Sequence record: NC_061448.1
Length of the DNA: 64,000 nucleotides
Direction: 5' to 3' (one strand)
Made by a program: the position numbers and the translations under genes. The notes under the pieces were generated by a model, which saw only the letters and a list, made by a program, of their open reading frames with translations, searched no databases and was not told where the DNA came from. Positions 61,397 to 64,000 of the stretch are shown piece after piece (the first letter of the stretch is position 1; each line of letters starts with the position of its first letter).

Positions 61397-61410
61397 TGAT
61401 TGAGGAATCA
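61397..61410 (+). promoter_or_regulatory. SD-in-loop hairpin TGATT-GAGG-AATCA
   Basis: Perfect 5-bp stem. Confidence 0.7.
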
Positions 61411-61414
61411 CACT

Positions 61415-62827
61415 ATGTCAAACGCAAATGCAAACCTGTTGAACGCTCGTGTACGTCGTCTGGACGGTACTGTAACCTACATCAATAAAGTAAATGGCAA
61501 CGGTTATAGCACCAACGCGAAAGGTCCGCAGATTCCGGTCAAGCGTATTGTGCTTGCTGGCAAAACGCTGAAAGAGATTGAGTCGCCGTTAGCGAAAACT
61601 GAGCACGTTCTGATTGACGGTATCACTGTGAAGCTGAACAAGCGCCAGCAGAAAGACCTGCGCAACGACGAGATCGACGTTGATACAATCAAGCCTGACT
61701 TTAGCTCTCTGGTGTATATCGACCCTGAGACAGGCAAGCCCGCTGCTGCGAAAGCACCGAAAGCTGCGAAAGCTGATAAGCCTAAAGCAGGGCTGAAAGC
61801 AACACGCGAGCGTAACGAAGCGAAAGGTCCTTCACTCGCAAATCAGGTCGACGCAGTGATCGCTGGCGCTAATAGCGTAGCGAAACGCGCCGATGCAGCG
61901 AAAGCGTTTGGCATGTTGTGGAAAGATTTGAAAGTTGCCAAGGGCGTTGACGTTGTGAAAGCTCTTGGTCGTAGCTATGTGCGTAAAGCGCTCAAAGCTC
62001 TGGACACCGAAGCTGCTGACCTGACCGAATCAGTCGATATGCTGCCGTCTGATAAAGTTGATCGCAAAGCAGAACTGGCACACACAATCGACGCGACCAT
62101 CGCTGATGCTGATACGCAAGACCGTCGCAAGATGTTGAGCGAAGCGTTCGACATGGACTGGAAAGACGTTAAGAAGCACGGTGGCAAGGGCGTCATCAAG
62201 CACATGGGACGTAAAGCTGCCCAGTCTGCTGTGAATCGTCTGCGTGAGGGCGTTAAGCAAGACACGTTCATCAAGCAAATGCCTATCGCGCTGAAACGTC
62301 TGATTCAAGACGGTAATCTGACGCTGAACAAAGCGCAGATCGAACGTGTGCTGGGTGCGCTTGACCTCGACGTGAAGTTCTACGATGTGGCAATGCAAAC
62401 CCTGCTGGGTAATCTCAAGCTGTCCCTCGACAAGTCTATTGAGAACCCGAAAGTGAAAGAGAAGAAAGCGAAGCACAAACTTGCAGTGCCGACCTACGCT
62501 TCTGAAAAAGAACAGTCCAAGCGTGTGCGCAAAATGACTATCAAGCTCATTAAGCCGCCGAAGAAAGAAATGGAAGCGGCAAGAGCGCACATGAAAGAAT
62601 CGAAAGCAGTCATCGCCAAGAAGCTGGGCATCAAGTCATCTGATGTGAAGCGTGGCCTGATCTGCTACAAGCCGAACGGTGTTGAACTGATGTTCGTCGC
62701 GTGTGACATGACCGGCCCTGTCTTCATCGAGAAAGACGGTAGCGAATGCGTAATGGCACACGCCAACGTAGCACACACCTTCAATCTGACTCTGGGCCCT
62801 AAATCTGAACTGGATGCTGCTGTATGA
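61415..62827 (+). CDS. large Lys/Ala-rich modular protein (paralog of 59735-61330)
   Basis: Shared N- and C-terminal domains; internal ~65-aa tandem repeat. Confidence 0.85.
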   Translation: MSNANANLLNARVRRLDGTVTYINKVNGNGYSTNAKGPQIPVKRIVLAGKTLKEIESPLAKTEHVLIDGITVKLNKRQQKDLRNDEIDVDTIKPDFSSLVYIDPETGKPAAAKAPKAAKADKPKAGLKATRERNEAKGPSLANQVDAVIAGANSVAKRADAAKAFGMLWKDLKVAKGVDVVKALGRSYVRKALKALDTEAADLTESVDMLPSDKVDRKAELAHTIDATIADADTQDRRKMLSEAFDMDWKDVKKHGGKGVIKHMGRKAAQSAVNRLREGVKQDTFIKQMPIALKRLIQDGNLTLNKAQIERVLGALDLDVKFYDVAMQTLLGNLKLSLDKSIENPKVKEKKAKHKLAVPTYASEKEQSKRVRKMTIKLIKPPKKEMEAARAHMKESKAVIAKKLGIKSSDVKRGLICYKPNGVELMFVACDMTGPVFIEKDGSECVMAHANVAHTFNLTLGPKSELDAAV

Positions 62828-63207
62828 CAAATAACGAAATCCTTTTGTCAGGCATGTTCGCTCAACTCTACGCGCGGCTGGTAACGGCCGCAGTATTGAA
62901 GACCCACGTGTACTACTCTGACTTAGCGCCGATTGTGTTCGGCGTTCAACTGTCCGTGATAAGCAGTGCGCAGTACGATGCACTGTGGGGTCTTGTAAAA
63001 GAAACCATGCGTGTTGATATATCGCAGGGTAGACCGCCGCTTGCAGCGCTGTATGTATCACGGGCGTCCGACAGTAAACTGCCCGCTAAGAAATTCTTTC
63101 GTGAGTACCACAAGCTCACGGGCAAGCATTTGTCAGAAGCCGAATGGCAAGCACTCGTCGAGAATGTGTGGAACAACTATGCACCAGATCTTCGGGAGCC
63201 ATCATGA
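62824..63207 (+). CDS. hypothetical protein
   Basis: ATGA overlap. Confidence 0.7.
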   Translation: MTNNEILLSGMFAQLYARLVTAAVLKTHVYYSDLAPIVFGVQLSVISSAQYDALWGLVKETMRVDISQGRPPLAALYVSRASDSKLPAKKFFREYHKLTGKHLSEAEWQALVENVWNNYAPDLREPS

Positions 63208-63665
63208 AAAAGTCCAAAGTAGCAATTAGTCGCGGTGGCTACAGACCGTCATCGCAAGAAGAAGCACAAAAGCTGATAGCTGAATTTATTCTCGGTACTA
63301 TCGGCGTTGACCCTACTGTTATCAGTCAACAAATGCTGTTGAACGTTGCGAACTATAACTACCTCACGTCTATCGCAGACACGGGTAAGGCAAATGCAGC
63401 GAACCAAGCAGCACTGCATAAAACTGTAAAAGAACTTAATGCGTTCTGTAGACTGCACAAGATTCAACTGGGATTACTAATTATGCCCCATACATCTGCT
63501 AGTGATTACGCTGGCGATGAAGTTGTAGCGATTCCGTGGGAGCATGTGCAGAAAAACGCATTAAGCCAGTCTGCCATTGCCTCGCTGTTCCAAACAGTTG
63601 AAGCCGATGGTTATCCGCAGTTTGTGACTGATGCGAAAACAGTAGAGGGATACAATGTTTTATGA
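63204..63665 (+). CDS. hypothetical protein
   Basis: GGGAG RBS; ATGA overlap. Confidence 0.7.
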   Translation: MKKSKVAISRGGYRPSSQEEAQKLIAEFILGTIGVDPTVISQQMLLNVANYNYLTSIADTGKANAANQAALHKTVKELNAFCRLHKIQLGLLIMPHTSASDYAGDEVVAIPWEHVQKNALSQSAIASLFQTVEADGYPQFVTDAKTVEGYNVL

Positions 63666-64000
63666 TCATGTATTCAGCCACGACGAGAAGCAATTGCTTT
63701 TGTCTGTGGCAGAATCTAAATATCTGGTGCGGCTAGACTGCCCAGAGTATTTGAAGAAATCGAAACACGCGATTGAAATTCGTCACACTGTAACTAACCG
63801 TGGTGAGCAACGTCGTAGCGGTACAATCACAACTGCATTCGTACCGCGTATTCATTCTGCGACTGTGCAGCGCCTTGTGCGCGATGTTCGTGACTCTGCT
63901 ACAAAGAGTTCGTCTGACAATCTCGCTGCGTTGTTTGAGCTTGGCCTCGGTGTGCCGAAGCAACACGATATTGCAGTGTACCTGAAAGACTACTCGCGTG
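63655..64000 (+). CDS. hypothetical protein, truncated at right edge (MFYDHVFSHDEK...)
   Basis: GAGGG RBS, ATG 63655, frame open to window end. Confidence 0.7.
   Translation, partial: MFYDHVFSHDEKQLLLSVAESKYLVRLDCPEYLKKSKHAIEIRHTVTNRGEQRRSGTITTAFVPRIHSATVQRLVRDVRDSATKSSSDNLAALFELGLGVPKQHDIAVYLKDYSR

Noticed and set aside
1-64000. Stop-codon reassignment, reverse transcriptase (retron/DGR), integrase or transposase
   Set aside because: Genes tile the window under the standard code with TAA, TGA and TAG all used as stops; no RT, recombinase or transposase motifs were recognised.

Overview
Segment of a large lytic (jumbo-type) tailed phage genome, most likely infecting enterobacteria. The gene set (RecA/UvsX, DnaG-type primase, RuvC, sigma-like factor, Ig-repeat virion protein) is reminiscent of the Erwinia Y3 / Dickeya JA11-AD1 group; this assignment is inference and was not searched. 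Positions ~1-24.8 kb are a core region of virion, replication, recombination and transcription genes: RuvC-like resolvase, primase, Cas4-like nuclease, Acb1-like anti-CBASS 2H phosphoesterase, phage sigma factor, gp32-like SSB and an intein-containing RecA. Positions ~24.9-64 kb are a dense, all plus-strand early/accessory region of mostly unknown genes, plus Tpt1/KptA, radical SAM, YbiI/TraR, UvsE, dUTPase, SLT and HD proteins. The most striking unexplained structure is regulatory: (1) ten promoters with a 15-bp GCAnAwAwCTGGACA box fixed 32-33 bp upstream of an extended -10; (2) nine ribosome-binding sites whose GAGG is displayed as a tetraloop on stems of different sequence; (3) a separate CTRTAAAYA element in front of core genes, including the phage sigma gene. 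No tRNA, rRNA, CRISPR array, integrase or reverse transcriptase was seen. Several start codons were moved from the supplied ORF track to the RBS-supported ATG.
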